64,000 nt of DNA from an uncultured Aliarcobacter sp. (GCA_963664305.2 CAXXLV010000001.1:43084-107083), one strand, 5' to 3'; counted from the stretch's first letter, positions 43,428-54,487 are shown. The notes: generated by a model not told the origin, from the letters alone. Numbers and translations are program-made.

Positions 43428-43474
43428 TTGACAAATCAATATATATGTTATATTATTACAGACCGATTAGTCTG
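43428..43474 (+). promoter_or_regulatory. Promoter plus TetR-type palindromic operator
   Basis: TTGACA (43428)-17 nt-TATTAT (43451), then CAGACCGATTAGTCTG (43459-43474). Confidence 0.7.
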
Positions 43475-43486
43475 CAAGGAGTTTTT

Positions 43487-43867
43487 ATGCCATTTATTAG
43501 AATATATGTTGATAAATCTATATCTAAAGAAAATAAAAAAGAGATATCAAATGCAATTCATAATAGTTTGATTGAAAGTTTTAATATACCTATAAAAGAT
43601 AAATTTCAAGTATTTATTGAAGTAGATAAAGAAGATTTAATTTTTCCAGATGAATATTTAGGAAATAGTTATTCAAATATTCTATTTATTAATATTACTT
43701 GTAAAAAAGGTAGAACTAAGGAACAAAAGAAAAAATTATATAAGTTGTGTGTAGAAACTATTAGTGAAAAAACAAAAATTAAAAAAGATGATGTTTTTAT
43801 AACTATTATAGAAAACAATCAAAATAATTGGTCATTTGGTAATGGTATAGCACAATTAATGGAGTAA
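43487..43867 (+). CDS. Tautomerase superfamily protein (Pro-1)
   Basis: Start reassigned to ATG 43487 (AAGGAG RBS), giving MPFIRI with N-terminal Pro; GRTKEQKKKLY and WSFGNG motifs. Confidence 0.88.
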   Translation: MPFIRIYVDKSISKENKKEISNAIHNSLIESFNIPIKDKFQVFIEVDKEDLIFPDEYLGNSYSNILFINITCKKGRTKEQKKKLYKLCVETISEKTKIKKDDVFITIIENNQNNWSFGNGIAQLME

Positions 43868-43871
43868 TTAA

Positions 43872-44273
43872 ATGAATAAAGTAGAAAATATCTATAAAAT
43901 ACTAGATAATGCAAATGTTGATGAAAAAGTTGGTGTTAAATTAGCAAGAATCTGTGAAGGTGAAACTTTTAATTTATATGTATTAGAAATACCTGCTAAA
44001 AAAAGAGTTGGTGCTCATTATCATACTATTGGAAATGAAACTTATCAAATTATTCAAGGAAGTGGTTCTATGATGATAGGGAAGAAAGATAGTGATACTA
44101 TTATATGGAGTGAACCTAAAAATATGAATGAAGGTGATTGTTTAAATGTTAATGCAAATGAAATCCACCAATTAATAAATCTTACAGATAAACCACTTAT
44201 TTGTATAGTTGGATGTTCAAATTCTCATATTACAACAGATAGAATAATGGCAAAAGGATATGAAAAAATATAA
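43872..44273 (+). CDS. Cupin domain protein
   Basis: HYHTIGNETYQIIQG and EIHQL cupin motifs. Confidence 0.85.
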   Translation: MNKVENIYKILDNANVDEKVGVKLARICEGETFNLYVLEIPAKKRVGAHYHTIGNETYQIIQGSGSMMIGKKDSDTIIWSEPKNMNEGDCLNVNANEIHQLINLTDKPLICIVGCSNSHITTDRIMAKGYEKI

Positions 44274-44832
44274 TATGAAAACATTAAGAGATAATTTATT
44301 AGACATTGCATATGAAGAGTTTTATACTAATGGATATAGTGCAACAGGATTAAATAAGATTTTAGAAAAAGCAAATGTTGCAAAAGGTGGTTTATATCAC
44401 CATTTTAATTCTAAAAAAGATTTACTTATTGCAATTATAAATGAAAGAATTTGTCCAAACTCTTTAAAAAAATATGCAAATTTAGATGAAATAGAAAAAA
44501 ATAAGTTAAATGCTTTACTTGATATACTAGAAAGTAGAAATGAAAACTTTAATAAAGGATGTCCATTAGGAAATTTAATTTTGGAACTATCTAATATTGA
44601 TGATGATATTTTGAAAGCTTTACAAAACTGCATTAACTCTTGGCAAAAAATATTTGAAAATGTAATTTTTGAAGCTATAAAAAATAAAGAAATAAAAGAT
44701 ATATCTGCATATGATACATCATTATTAATTATATCAACTATTCAAGGGGGATTGTTATTGTCAAAACTATCAAAATCAGATGTTGAATATAAGAAGTGTA
44801 TAAAACTATTAAAAGAAATATTAATTAAATAA
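44260..44832 (+). CDS. TetR-family regulator (NemR/YxaF-like)
   Basis: GYSATGLNKILEKANVAKGGLYHHFNSK HTH; GCPLGNL motif. Confidence 0.92.
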   Translation: MKKYNMKTLRDNLLDIAYEEFYTNGYSATGLNKILEKANVAKGGLYHHFNSKKDLLIAIINERICPNSLKKYANLDEIEKNKLNALLDILESRNENFNKGCPLGNLILELSNIDDDILKALQNCINSWQKIFENVIFEAIKNKEIKDISAYDTSLLIISTIQGGLLLSKLSKSDVEYKKCIKLLKEILIK

Positions 44833-44834
44833 AA

Positions 44835-44909
44835 TGGCTCCGGCACCTGGATTCGAACCAGGGACCAAATGATTAACAGTCATCTACTCTACCGCTGAGC
44901 TATGCCGGA
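44835..44909 (-). tRNA. tRNA-Asn(GTT), copy 3
   Basis: TCCGGCATAGCTCAG...CTGTTAA...GGTTCGAATCC...GCCA, 75 nt. Confidence 0.97.
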
Positions 44910-44946
44910 ATTTGATTTTTATTTATTGTAAGTTTTAATTTATAAA

Positions 44947-45021
44947 TGGCTCCGGCACCTGGATTCGAACCAGGGACCAAATGATTAACAGTCATCTACT
45001 CTACCGCTGAGCTATGCCGGA
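44947..45021 (-). tRNA. tRNA-Asn(GTT), copy 2
   Basis: Identical 75-nt copy. Confidence 0.97.
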
Positions 45022-45054
45022 ATCTATAAATTCTAATTATTAAAGTCAAAGTAA

Positions 45055-45129
45055 TGGCTCCGGCACCTGGATTCGAACCAGGGACCAAATGATTAACAGT
45101 CATCTACTCTACCGCTGAGCTATGCCGGA
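45055..45129 (-). tRNA. tRNA-Asn(GTT), copy 1
   Basis: Identical 75-nt copy. Confidence 0.97.
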
Positions 45130-45158
45130 ATTTATGACTTTAACTTTAATGGGGTGGA

Positions 45159-45187
45159 ATTATAGTAAAAAAAGTTTTTATTGTCAA
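45159..45187 (-). promoter_or_regulatory. sigma70 promoter of the tRNA-Asn array
   Basis: TTGACA-17 nt-TATAAT perfect consensus with a CCACCCC discriminator. Confidence 0.88.
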
Positions 45188-45194
45188 GACTTTT

Positions 45195-46112
45195 TCATAC
45201 ATTTTTGTAAAAATCGACTCCACTACTATTTACAATTGATATTTTCTTTTCTTCTAAAAGTTTTGACAAAATATCTTTTGATTTATCATCAAACATATTT
45301 TCTATATCTTCTTTTGTAAGAGGTCTTCTCTTTAACATAAAAAGTATTTCATCTTCACTATAAGTTTGAATCAATTTTGGTCTATTTTTAAAAACTATAT
45401 TTACATTTATATTTTCAAATCTATTTGCAACTTTTTCTAAAAATTCATAACTAACTGGATTTACTTTATATGCAGGTGGTCTATCAATAGTTCCAATATC
45501 AACTCTTTTAGGATTAATTTGTTTTACAGCATTAAACAATAACTCTATTTCTTCATCTTTATCATTTACATCTTTAACAAATAAAATTTCTAAAACAAAA
45601 TCTTTTGTAGTTTTTTGTGAGAATTCAATCATTGAAGGAACTATTTTTTCAATTTCTACACTTTTGTTTTGTCTATCAAGTTTTTTAAAACACTTTTCAC
45701 TTACACAATCTAAAGATAATTTAACTATATCAATTTTTAATAAAGCATCAAAAATCTCTTTTTTATAAATCGTACTTCCATTTGATAAAATCAATGTTTT
45801 TGTTTCACCTTTTATTTTATTAATTTCATCAATTAAATCATTTAATTTAGGATATAAAGTTGGTTCACCATTACATGTTATTGTAATTACATCTATTTTT
45901 GGATGATTTTTAAAACTATCTTTTATTGCAGTTATGATTTTTTCAACACTTGGAAATATATCCATTTTTTCAATAGTTTTAGCTGGTTCTAATTCACAAT
46001 ATAAACAATCAAAATTACACTGTTTTTTTGATGGAGATAAATCAATACCTAATGATATTCCAAATCTTCTTGAGGGAATTGGTCCAAAAATAATAGAATT
46101 TGAATATGACAA
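45195..46112 (-). CDS. Radical SAM protein of unknown function
   Basis: GPIPSRRFGISLG; CNFDCLYC (CxxxCxxC); GEPTLY. Confidence 0.9.
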   Translation of the reverse strand: MSYSNSIIFGPIPSRRFGISLGIDLSPSKKQCNFDCLYCELEPAKTIEKMDIFPSVEKIITAIKDSFKNHPKIDVITITCNGEPTLYPKLNDLIDEINKIKGETKTLILSNGSTIYKKEIFDALLKIDIVKLSLDCVSEKCFKKLDRQNKSVEIEKIVPSMIEFSQKTTKDFVLEILFVKDVNDKDEEIELLFNAVKQINPKRVDIGTIDRPPAYKVNPVSYEFLEKVANRFENINVNIVFKNRPKLIQTYSEDEILFMLKRRPLTKEDIENMFDDKSKDILSKLLEEKKISIVNSSGVDFYKNV

Positions 46113-46134
46113 AATAAAAATCCTTTTAAATAAA

Positions 46135-46162
46135 AAAAGAGAAGCTAAATAGCTTCTCTTTT
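46135..46162 (-). terminator. Terminator after hemE
   Basis: 12-bp stem AAAAGAGAAGCT/AGCTTCTCTTTT. Confidence 0.75.
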
Positions 46163-46189
46163 ATAATAATTTTCTAAAACAAATTTGTT

Positions 46190-47230
46190 TTATGCTTTTT
46201 TTGAAACTCTTTGACACTCTTTTACAAAGTGAATTGCATTTTCAACAGGAACGTCAGGTAAAATTCCATGACCAAGATTGAAAATATGTCCTTCACCCTT
46301 CATTATGTTTTGAATTGCTTCAACACACATTGTTGTTGCCTCTTTAGAATATAATCTACAAGGCTCCATATTTCCTTGTAAAACATATTTATCACCTAAT
46401 TTTTCTTTTGCAAGAGCCATTGGTGTTCCCCAATCAACTCCAAATACATCGAAGTTTCCATAAACTAAACCTCTTTCAATAAATGCAGCTATTCCTTTTG
46501 GGAACATAATAACTGGAATATGAGGATATTTCTCTTTTAAATATTCAGCTATTTCTACCATATATTTCCATGAAAATTCATCATATTTTGAAGGTTCAAT
46601 TGCCGCAGCCCATGAATCAAAGATTTGAACTACATCAACTCCAGCTTCAATTTGTTTTTCCATATAAAACTTAACTACATCAGTTACACGTCTAAGGATT
46701 TTATGTAAAAATTCTGGATTTGAATACATCATTTTTTTACAAAGATTGTATGTTTTTGTTCCTTGACCTTCTATCATATAAGTTGCAAGTGTCCAAGGAG
46801 CACCTGTAAATCCAATCAAAGCTTTATCTTCTGGTAATCTTTGTTTTAAAATTTTAATAGTCTCATAAACATAAGTTAATTTATTTGCAGCTTCTTCTCC
46901 ACCAATTAAAGCATCTAAATCAGCTTCTGTTTTAATTGGTTTATCAAATACTGGACCTTCACCTTTTAAAAAGTCTAATTTCATTCCCATTTCATTTGGA
47001 ACAACTAAAATATCACTAAATAAAATAGCAGCATCAACTCCTACAATATCCAAAGGTTGAATTGTAACTTCAGCTGCAAGTTCTGGATTGTGGCATAAAT
47101 TTAAAAAATTCCCAGCTTTTGCTCTTACTTCCATATATTCTGGTAAGTAACGTCCAGCTTGTCTCATCATCCAAACAGGAGTATAAGGAGTCTCTTTTCT
47201 AAAACATGCATCTACAAAAATTTTTGACAT
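46190..47230 (-). CDS. hemE: Uroporphyrinogen decarboxylase
   Basis: [27 protein letters not shown]. Confidence 0.98.
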   Translation of the reverse strand: MSKIFVDACFRKETPYTPVWMMRQAGRYLPEYMEVRAKAGNFLNLCHNPELAAEVTIQPLDIVGVDAAILFSDILVVPNEMGMKLDFLKGEGPVFDKPIKTEADLDALIGGEEAANKLTYVYETIKILKQRLPEDKALIGFTGAPWTLATYMIEGQGTKTYNLCKKMMYSNPEFLHKILRRVTDVVKFYMEKQIEAGVDVVQIFDSWAAAIEPSKYDEFSWKYMVEIAEYLKEKYPHIPVIMFPKGIAAFIERGLVYGNFDVFGVDWGTPMALAKEKLGDKYVLQGNMEPCRLYSKEATTMCVEAIQNIMKGEGHIFNLGHGILPDVPVENAIHFVKECQRVSKKA

Positions 47231-47305
47231 TTTAATCCTTAGAAATAGTCCCCATTTTAAGGGACCAATTATTTATCATCTACTTTTTTTAAAGTAGCAA
47301 AAAAT

Positions 47306-47824
47306 TTAATGTTTTCCAACTTTATTTAAAAAATAAAGTCCTAATGATAATAGTGCAATTGAAACAGCAAAATAAAGCATCTCTAATGCACCATCATATT
47401 TTGTATGTAAAACTTTTTGAAAAAAGCTTACAATTAATACCATAACAATTACTTTTGCGATTTTATCTTTTAATTGATCTAGTGAATGAATTGCTAAAAT
47501 ATTACTACCACTTTTTTCAGCCGCATCAATTTTTGAAATAAATAGTTCGTAAATTCCAAATGCAAAAATTAACATAACTACAGCAATTAAGTATAAATCA
47601 ACCGCACCAATAATTTTACTAACTATTTCTTCATGAAAATCTTCAGGATGTAAACCATTTAAATAAACATCCATTGCGTATTTAATAACCTCATAAATAT
47701 CCATTGAAGCAACAACAAAAAGTATTATCGAACCTAATAATCCAAATATTACTGCAAGCAAAACAAAAAGTCTTGCTTGCCACATTGTAGTTTCAAAAAA
47801 TTTTTCTAGCATACTAAATATCAT
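47306..47824 (-). CDS. YqhA/UPF0114 family membrane protein
   Basis: DLYLIAVVMLIFAFGIYELFISK, SLDQLKDKI. Confidence 0.9.
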   Translation of the reverse strand: MIFSMLEKFFETTMWQARLFVLLAVIFGLLGSIILFVVASMDIYEVIKYAMDVYLNGLHPEDFHEEIVSKIIGAVDLYLIAVVMLIFAFGIYELFISKIDAAEKSGSNILAIHSLDQLKDKIAKVIVMVLIVSFFQKVLHTKYDGALEMLYFAVSIALLSLGLYFLNKVGKH

Positions 47825-48851
47825 TTTCCATATCTATCCATTTAAGAGCAATTCTAACTGCATTTGTTGCAGCCCCTACTCTTACTTGGTCAGCTACGTT
47901 GAAATAATGAACAATGTTTGAAGCATAAACATCTTTTCTAATTCTTCCAACATAAGTTAAATCTGTATCTGTTGAAATAATTGGCATTGGATATTTTTTG
48001 TTTGGTAAATCATCAATTACTTTTAGATTTTCAAAGTTATTTAATGCATTTCTTACATCATCTAAATTAACTTCTACATTTTCACCAAATGTAACTGTAA
48101 TTGATTCACTATGAGATCTTAAAACAGGAACTCTTACACAAGTTGCAGCAACTTGAATATTTTTGTGCATAATTTTTTGAGTTTCATTTACCATTTTCAT
48201 TTCTTCTTTAGTAAATCCATTCTCTTTTGCAACATCAATTTGAGGAATTACATTTAAAGCTATTTGATAAGGGAAAGCTTTAATTTCTGTTTCATCTAAT
48301 CTAAATGCAAAAAAATCTTGCATTTGTTTTACAAGTTCTTCCATACCAGTTTTTCCAGCACCTGAAACAGCTTGATATGTTGAAACATCAACTCTTTTGA
48401 TTCCATATAAATCATCTAATGGTTTTAAACTTTGAACCATTTGAATAGTTGAACAATTTGGATTTGCAATAATTCCAGTTTCTCTCCATAATTTAATATC
48501 TTCTGGATTAACTTCAGGAACAACTAAAGGAACTTTTGGGTCCATTCTAAAGTGACTTGTATTATCAATTACTACAGCCCCTGCTTCAACTGCAAATTTT
48601 GCAAATTGTTCAGAAACACTTCCACCTGCACTAAAAAATGCGATTTCAACATCATTTTCTTCAAATACAGTTTCAGTTAATTCTAAAACTGTAACTTCTT
48701 TATTCATATATTCAATTTTTGAACCAGCACTTCTTGCACTCGCTAATGGTATTAATTTATTTATTGGGAAATTATTTTCTTCTAAAACTCTAAATAACTC
48801 TTCACCAACTGCACCAGTTGCTCCAACAACTGCAACATTAAATTTTCTCAT
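47814..48851 (-). CDS. asd: Aspartate-semialdehyde dehydrogenase
   Basis: VVGATGAVG, ANPNCSTIQM, STYQAVSGAG, CVRVPV.RSH. Confidence 0.98.
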   Translation of the reverse strand: MRKFNVAVVGATGAVGEELFRVLEENNFPINKLIPLASARSAGSKIEYMNKEVTVLELTETVFEENDVEIAFFSAGGSVSEQFAKFAVEAGAVVIDNTSHFRMDPKVPLVVPEVNPEDIKLWRETGIIANPNCSTIQMVQSLKPLDDLYGIKRVDVSTYQAVSGAGKTGMEELVKQMQDFFAFRLDETEIKAFPYQIALNVIPQIDVAKENGFTKEEMKMVNETQKIMHKNIQVAATCVRVPVLRSHSESITVTFGENVEVNLDDVRNALNNFENLKVIDDLPNKKYPMPIISTDTDLTYVGRIRKDVYASNIVHYFNVADQVRVGAATNAVRIALKWIDMENDI

Positions 48852-48854
48852 TTC

Positions 48855-51458
48855 TTATTCTTCCTCATCTTTTTCTAAATTATCATCATTTTTTTCTAAA
48901 TCTAAAACATCTAATAAAGTTTGATTTTTTGTATTTGTAGAAATCTCAGTGTTTGTTTCTAAAATTTCTCCATCTTCGTTATATCTAATAACATTTCCAT
49001 TTTCATCAAGTTCTATCTCTTCATCCTCTTTTGGACATTTAGCAATAGACACAACTTTATCATCTTTATCAACATTTACAATAATTACACCTGAAGTATT
49101 TCTTCCAGCTTTTCTAATTGTATTCATATCAACTCTAATCATTTTTCCAATTGAAGTTAATAACATTAAATCTTGTGAATCATCAACTAAAACTTCACCT
49201 ACAATATTTCCAGTTTTTGGAGAAAGTTTCATTGCAATTACTCCAGAACCTGCTCTGTTTGTAAGTCTATACTCTTCAACTGTTGTTCTTTTTCCAATTC
49301 CTTTTTCTGAAACTGTTAAAATTTCTTGATCTTCAGAAGTAATTACATCAGCATCTACAACAAAGTCAGTATCAATTTTAAATTTAATACCTCTAACCCC
49401 TCTAGTACTTCTTCCTTGATCTCTTGTTTTATCAAGTTCAAATCTAATACATTGACCAAGACTTGTAAATATCATAATATATTGGGTTTGTGTATCTGCA
49501 ATTTTTGCTGTTACGATTTCATCTGCATCATCAAGAACGATTGCTCTAACTCCATTACTTCTGATATTTGAGAATTCATTTAATGATGTTCTTTTAATAA
49601 CCCCATTTCTTGTGAAGAATACAAGTGATTTACTTTCATCAAAATCTGGTGTTGGAATAATTTCCATGATTTTTTCATCAGGTCTTAAGTTAATTAAGTT
49701 AACAACTGCTTTACCTTTAGCAGTTCTACTTCCTTCAGGAATTTTATAAACTTTTAACCAATATAATTGTCCCATATTTGTAACAAACATTAAAGTATCA
49801 TGGGTATTACTTACAAAGAACTTCTCAATAAAATCATCATCATGCGTAGTAACGGCAACTTTACCTTTACCACCTCTTTTTTGTTTTTCATAAGATTTAA
49901 TTGGAACTCTTTTTACATATCCATTATGAGTAATTGTTACTACCATTGGCTCATTTGGAATTAAATCTTCCACATCAATTTCATCATATGAATCTTCAAT
50001 TTCTGTTCTTCTATCACTTGAGAATTTTTCTTGAATTTCAGTTAATTCTTCTTTGATAATTTGATTTAATTTCTCTTCAGATTTTAAAATTGATTCTAAT
50101 TCAGCAATTAATATCATAAGTTCAGCATATTCTGCTTCTAATTTATCTCTTTGAAGACCTGTTAATCTTCCAAGTCTCATATCTAAAATTGCTTGAGATT
50201 GAATTGGGCTTAGTCCAAATCTATTTTGTAAACTATCTTTTGCTTCTTGATCATTTGCACTAGCTCTGATGATTTTAACAACTTCATCAATATTGTCTAA
50301 AGCAATTTTTAAACCTTCTAAAATATGTGCTCTTGCTTTTGCTTTTTCTAAATCAAATATTGTTCTTCTAATAATTACTGTTTTTCTATGAGATAAGAAA
50401 ATATTTAATAATTGAGGTAAATTAAATACTTTTGGCTCTTTATTATAAACAGCTAAAAGAATAATTCCAAATGTTGTTTCCATTGGAGTTGATTTGTATA
50501 AATTGTTTAAAACAATTTCACTCATCGCATCTTTTTTAAGTTCAATTACAACTCTAATACCTTCTCTATCAGATTCATCTCTAACTTCAGAAATTCCTTC
50601 AATTTGTTTGTCTTTTGCAAGATTTGCAATAAGTTCAATTAATCTAGCTTTATTCACTTGATAAGGTAATTCATCAAGAACAATAATCTCTTTTTTACCT
50701 CTTGTTTCAATGTGATGCTTAGCTCTAATTCTAACTCTTCCTCGTCCAGTATTATATGCATCAATAATTCCACGTCTTCCAAAAATTGTTCCACCAGTTG
50801 GGAAATCAGGACCTTGGATAAATTGCATTAATTCATCTGCAGTTGCATCTGGATTATCAATTGTATATAAAACTGCATTTAATAATTCATTTATGTTATG
50901 TGGAGGAATTTTTGTAGCCATACCAACTGCAATTCCTTCACTTCCATTTAATAAAAGAGTTGGAACACGAGTTGGAAGAACTGATGGTTCTTTCATAGTA
51001 TCATCATAATTTGGAACAAAATTTACAGTATCTTTGTCTAAATCTCTTAATACTTCTTCAGCTATTCTAGTCATTCTAGCTTCTGTATATCTCATAGCTG
51101 CTGCACTATCACCATCGATTGAACCGAAGTTTCCTTGTCCATCAACAAGTGGTGCTCTCATTGAGAAATTTTGAGCCATTCTTACTAAGGCATCATAAAC
51201 AGAAGTATCTCCATGTGGGTGGTACTTACCAATAACATCTCCAACAATTCTTGCAGATTTTTTATAAGCAGATTTTGAAGTAATACTTAAATCATGCATT
51301 GCATATAAGATTCTTCTATGCACTGGTTTTAAACCATCTTTTGCATCTGGTAATGCCCTACCTATAATAACACTCATAGAGTAATCTAAATAAGAGGCTT
51401 TTACTGAGTCTTCAATATTTACATCTATAATATCTTGATTTTCGAAAAGGTTTTCCAT
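48855..51458 (-). CDS. gyrA: DNA gyrase subunit A
   Basis: [16 protein letters not shown], GyrA-box QKRGGKG, acidic tail. Confidence 0.99.
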   Translation of the reverse strand: MENLFENQDIIDVNIEDSVKASYLDYSMSVIIGRALPDAKDGLKPVHRRILYAMHDLSITSKSAYKKSARIVGDVIGKYHPHGDTSVYDALVRMAQNFSMRAPLVDGQGNFGSIDGDSAAAMRYTEARMTRIAEEVLRDLDKDTVNFVPNYDDTMKEPSVLPTRVPTLLLNGSEGIAVGMATKIPPHNINELLNAVLYTIDNPDATADELMQFIQGPDFPTGGTIFGRRGIIDAYNTGRGRVRIRAKHHIETRGKKEIIVLDELPYQVNKARLIELIANLAKDKQIEGISEVRDESDREGIRVVIELKKDAMSEIVLNNLYKSTPMETTFGIILLAVYNKEPKVFNLPQLLNIFLSHRKTVIIRRTIFDLEKAKARAHILEGLKIALDNIDEVVKIIRASANDQEAKDSLQNRFGLSPIQSQAILDMRLGRLTGLQRDKLEAEYAELMILIAELESILKSEEKLNQIIKEELTEIQEKFSSDRRTEIEDSYDEIDVEDLIPNEPMVVTITHNGYVKRVPIKSYEKQKRGGKGKVAVTTHDDDFIEKFFVSNTHDTLMFVTNMGQLYWLKVYKIPEGSRTAKGKAVVNLINLRPDEKIMEIIPTPDFDESKSLVFFTRNGVIKRTSLNEFSNIRSNGVRAIVLDDADEIVTAKIADTQTQYIMIFTSLGQCIRFELDKTRDQGRSTRGVRGIKFKIDTDFVVDADVITSEDQEILTVSEKGIGKRTTVEEYRLTNRAGSGVIAMKLSPKTGNIVGEVLVDDSQDLMLLTSIGKMIRVDMNTIRKAGRNTSGVIIVNVDKDDKVVSIAKCPKEDEEIELDENGNVIRYNEDGEILETNTEISTNTKNQTLLDVLDLEKNDDNLEKDEEE

Positions 51459-51548
51459 AAAAAAAGGCCTTTGTAATATAAAATTGATTTATTTTATCTA
51501 AATTGCGCTTAGTACTTCTTGTAATAAGTTTTAATAAAATTAAATTAT

Positions 51549-51584
51549 AAAAAAAGGGGACAAAAGTTTAAACTTTCATCCCCT
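51549..51584 (-). terminator. Terminator after the YdcH-like gene
   Basis: AGGGGATGAAAGTTTAAACTTTTGTCCCCT plus a T run on the minus strand. Confidence 0.75.
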
Positions 51585-51608
51585 AATATTTTTAATTAAA
51601 ATTAAAAA

Positions 51609-51824
51609 TTATTTTTCGTTATTGTGTTTTACAATGATAGAATAAATTTCGTCTTTTAATTTTAATTTTTCTTTTTTCTTAGATTCAATTTCAAATTGAT
51701 CAGCATGTGATTGTTCAAGTTTAGCAATTAAATCATCTAACTCATTGTGCTTCTCAAAAAGTTTGTGAAAATGTGTGTCTTTTTGCTTTAACTCTGTAAT
51801 TACATCTCTATATTCGTGAAACAT
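51609..51824 (-). CDS. YdcH/DUF465 family protein
   Basis: MFHEYRDVITELKQKDTHFHKLFEKHNELD...KKEKLKLKD. Confidence 0.9.
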   Translation of the reverse strand: MFHEYRDVITELKQKDTHFHKLFEKHNELDDLIAKLEQSHADQFEIESKKKEKLKLKDEIYSIIVKHNNEK

Positions 51825-51903
51825 TCTTGTATCCTATATGTTTAAATTTGAATTCGGCGATTATACAGTCAATGTACTTAATTTTTTGTAAAAAAATAAT
51901 ATA

Positions 51904-53085
51904 TTAACTTCTATAATCTGCATTAATTTCTACATATTTGTAACCTAAATCACAACCATATGCAGTAAATTTACCATCACCTAAACCAATATCACAAATA
52001 ATTTTATATTTATCTTTTTTTAATACATCTGCTGCTTTTGCTTCAGTTTGAGCATCAAAACAGATTTCACCTTTGTTAAATACTACAACATCATTGTAAG
52101 AAATTACTAATTTTTCATCATCACAATCAATTCTTGATGCACCAATAGTTGATGCAATTCTTCCAAAATTTGGATCTTCTCCAAAAAGTGCAGTTTTAAC
52201 TAAAAGTGAATTTGATAATGCTTTTGCTGCAATCATTGCTTGTTCATTTGATACAGCATTGATTACTTCAAATGCCGCAACTTTTTTAGCACCTTCACCA
52301 TCTGCTACCATTAACATTGCCATATCATACATTACAAGTCTTAGTGCTTCTTTAAATGCCTCTTTATCGTAAGCATTTGATTTTCCATTTGCTAAAACCA
52401 TAACTGTATCATTTGTTGAAGTATCACCATCAACAGAAATTGCATTAAATGTTGTTTCACTATTTGCTATTAATGCTTCTTTTATATCTTCAAAAGGAGC
52501 AGTGGCATCTGTACAAATAAAACAAAGCATAGTTGCAAGATTTGGATTTATCATACCAGCACCTTTTGCAACAGCGCCTATTTTAAAAGAAGTTCCATTT
52601 TCAAGTTTTACTTCATACATACAAGTTTTTGGATATGCATCTGTTGTCATAATAGCTTTTGACAAATTTTCACCATTTTTAGCCGTTAAATCAAACTTTT
52701 TAGCACCAGCTACTAATTTTTCAATTGGTAATGGATTTCCAATAACACCTGTACTACTCATTACTGGATTTATTAAATCAAAATCAAGTTGAGAAAATAG
52801 AGTATTAATCGATTCAATACCTTTTCTTCCTGTTAATGCGTTTGCATTTTTTGAATTTATTAAAACAAAATTTGTTTTAAAATTTTCACCATATTGTAAA
52901 AAATGTTTTAAAGGTGCAGCTTGAAATCTATTTTCTGTAAAAATTGCTGCAACTGTACAAGCTTCTTTTGTATAAATAAATCCTAAATCATTATTCCCAT
53001 TTGGTTTAAGACCTGCATGAATTCCATCACAATAAAATCCATCAATTTGATCAATATAACCTTTAATTGGTAAAATAGTAAACAT
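51904..53085 (-). CDS. argJ: Ornithine acetyltransferase
   Basis: MTTD, AKGAGMINPNLATML, DGDTSTND, DGEGA, YVEINADY. Confidence 0.97.
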   Translation of the reverse strand: MFTILPIKGYIDQIDGFYCDGIHAGLKPNGNNDLGFIYTKEACTVAAIFTENRFQAAPLKHFLQYGENFKTNFVLINSKNANALTGRKGIESINTLFSQLDFDLINPVMSSTGVIGNPLPIEKLVAGAKKFDLTAKNGENLSKAIMTTDAYPKTCMYEVKLENGTSFKIGAVAKGAGMINPNLATMLCFICTDATAPFEDIKEALIANSETTFNAISVDGDTSTNDTVMVLANGKSNAYDKEAFKEALRLVMYDMAMLMVADGEGAKKVAAFEVINAVSNEQAMIAAKALSNSLLVKTALFGEDPNFGRIASTIGASRIDCDDEKLVISYNDVVVFNKGEICFDAQTEAKAADVLKKDKYKIICDIGLGDGKFTAYGCDLGYKYVEINADYRS

Positions 53086-53086
53086 T

Positions 53087-54214
53087 TTATATATCCTCTG
53101 GTTGTTTTGTTAAGTTTATAATTCTTTTAGCTCTTGTTATACCTTTTTGAGAACCAACTAATAATAACTTGCAATTACTATTTATTGCTGTTGTTCCTTT
53201 TGGCATTTGAATAAATTTTCCATTTCCTTCAGTTATACCAATAACCGAAACTTTTAATCTATCCCTTAATCTTAAATCTTTTAATTCTCTATTTATTACC
53301 CATGAATTTTCTCTAACAAATACTTCTTCCATATCAATTGGAGTGTCTTTTTTATATAAAAACTCATCAAGAACATTTTCCATATCTGGTCTTATTGCCA
53401 TGGCAGTAACTCTTTTTGCCATTAAAGATGGTGTTGCAACCACTTTATCCGCTCCAAGTTTTTTCAATCTGATTTTTTCATTTTGAGTTTCTGCATTTGA
53501 AATAATCAAAAATGGTGGTCTTCCTAACTCTTTTTCATATAATCTAACAGAAGCAATTAAAGTAATATTATCTGAAATATTTTTAGATAAAGATATCGCT
53601 CCTTTTGCTGAACTTAGATGTGATTTTAAAAAGGCAATTTCTTTATATGGTTCTTCTTTTACATAATATGGATAATTGTGTTCTTTTGCAATTTGTTCAA
53701 TATCATCACTTGGGTCAACAACAACAAAAGGTATATGATTTTCCCTAAATTGTCTAGCCAATTGAGCTGTATATTCGTTGTGATAACATATTACGAAATG
53801 ACGTCTTAACCTTGCTATTTTATAAAGCATTTTTCTTTCCTTTAATAATTCTAATAATGAACCATTTGCAATAACATCAATTACAATACCCACAGAAAAT
53901 GTTAAAATCAAGAATCCTGCAATCATTAATGTTACAGTAAAAACAATACCTTGATTACTAAAATTTGCTTCGTTTAATGCTCCAAATCCAGTTGTTGTAA
54001 AAGTATAAGCTGATTGGAAAATTGCATGCATAATTGAATAATCTTCAATATAAACATAACCTAAAGTTCCTATCATCATTACAAGCTGAATGAGAATTAA
54101 TGGTAGTCTAAAAGGTTTTAATTGGGCATAAATAAGTGGGTTTAAATCATATTGAGGTTTGGCTGCTCTTATTTCCCAGCCAATAGTTTTTTTTATCTTA
54201 CTAAAGATGCTCAT
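53087..54214 (-). CDS. Two-TM potassium channel with RCK/TrkA domains
   Basis: TFTTTGFG filter-like sequence (TTGFG), NAD-binding-like RCK domain, TrkA-C. Confidence 0.88.
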   Translation of the reverse strand: MSIFSKIKKTIGWEIRAAKPQYDLNPLIYAQLKPFRLPLILIQLVMMIGTLGYVYIEDYSIMHAIFQSAYTFTTTGFGALNEANFSNQGIVFTVTLMIAGFLILTFSVGIVIDVIANGSLLELLKERKMLYKIARLRRHFVICYHNEYTAQLARQFRENHIPFVVVDPSDDIEQIAKEHNYPYYVKEEPYKEIAFLKSHLSSAKGAISLSKNISDNITLIASVRLYEKELGRPPFLIISNAETQNEKIRLKKLGADKVVATPSLMAKRVTAMAIRPDMENVLDEFLYKKDTPIDMEEVFVRENSWVINRELKDLRLRDRLKVSVIGITEGNGKFIQMPKGTTAINSNCKLLLVGSQKGITRAKRIINLTKQPEDI

Positions 54215-54237
54215 GAAAGCACTATTCTAGCGCCTTC

Positions 54238-54426
54238 TTATGAGTGTTTTTTAAGAGTTCTTAACTCTTTTGCAGAAATTTTTAACTTAGTAGTAGTTCC
54301 ATCTTCTAATGTAACTCTAACTGTTCTAATATTTGGTAAAAATCTTCTTCTTGTTCTGTTTTTTGCGTGACTTACGTTGTTACCAACCATTGGTCCTTTT
54401 CCAGAAATTGCACATTTTCTTGACAT
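54238..54426 (-). CDS. rpmB: 50S ribosomal protein L28
   Basis: [32 protein letters not shown]. Confidence 0.98.
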   Translation of the reverse strand: MSRKCAISGKGPMVGNNVSHAKNRTRRRFLPNIRTVRVTLEDGTTTKLKISAKELRTLKKHS

Positions 54427-54487
54427 TTGTCTTCCTTACGTAGTGAAAAATATTTGCGTATTGTATCTTAATTTTCTTAAGGTAAAT

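Noticed and set aside
43330-44835. att duplication of the tRNA-Asn 3' end on the far side of the tautomerase module
   Set aside because: No copy of the tRNA 3' sequence was found near 43330-43430, so site-specific integration is unsupported
44835-45129. Three identical 75-bp direct repeats with 33-37-bp unique spacers, superficially CRISPR-like
   Set aside because: Each repeat is a complete tRNA-Asn cloverleaf with CCA; it is too long for a CRISPR repeat and no cas genes are nearby
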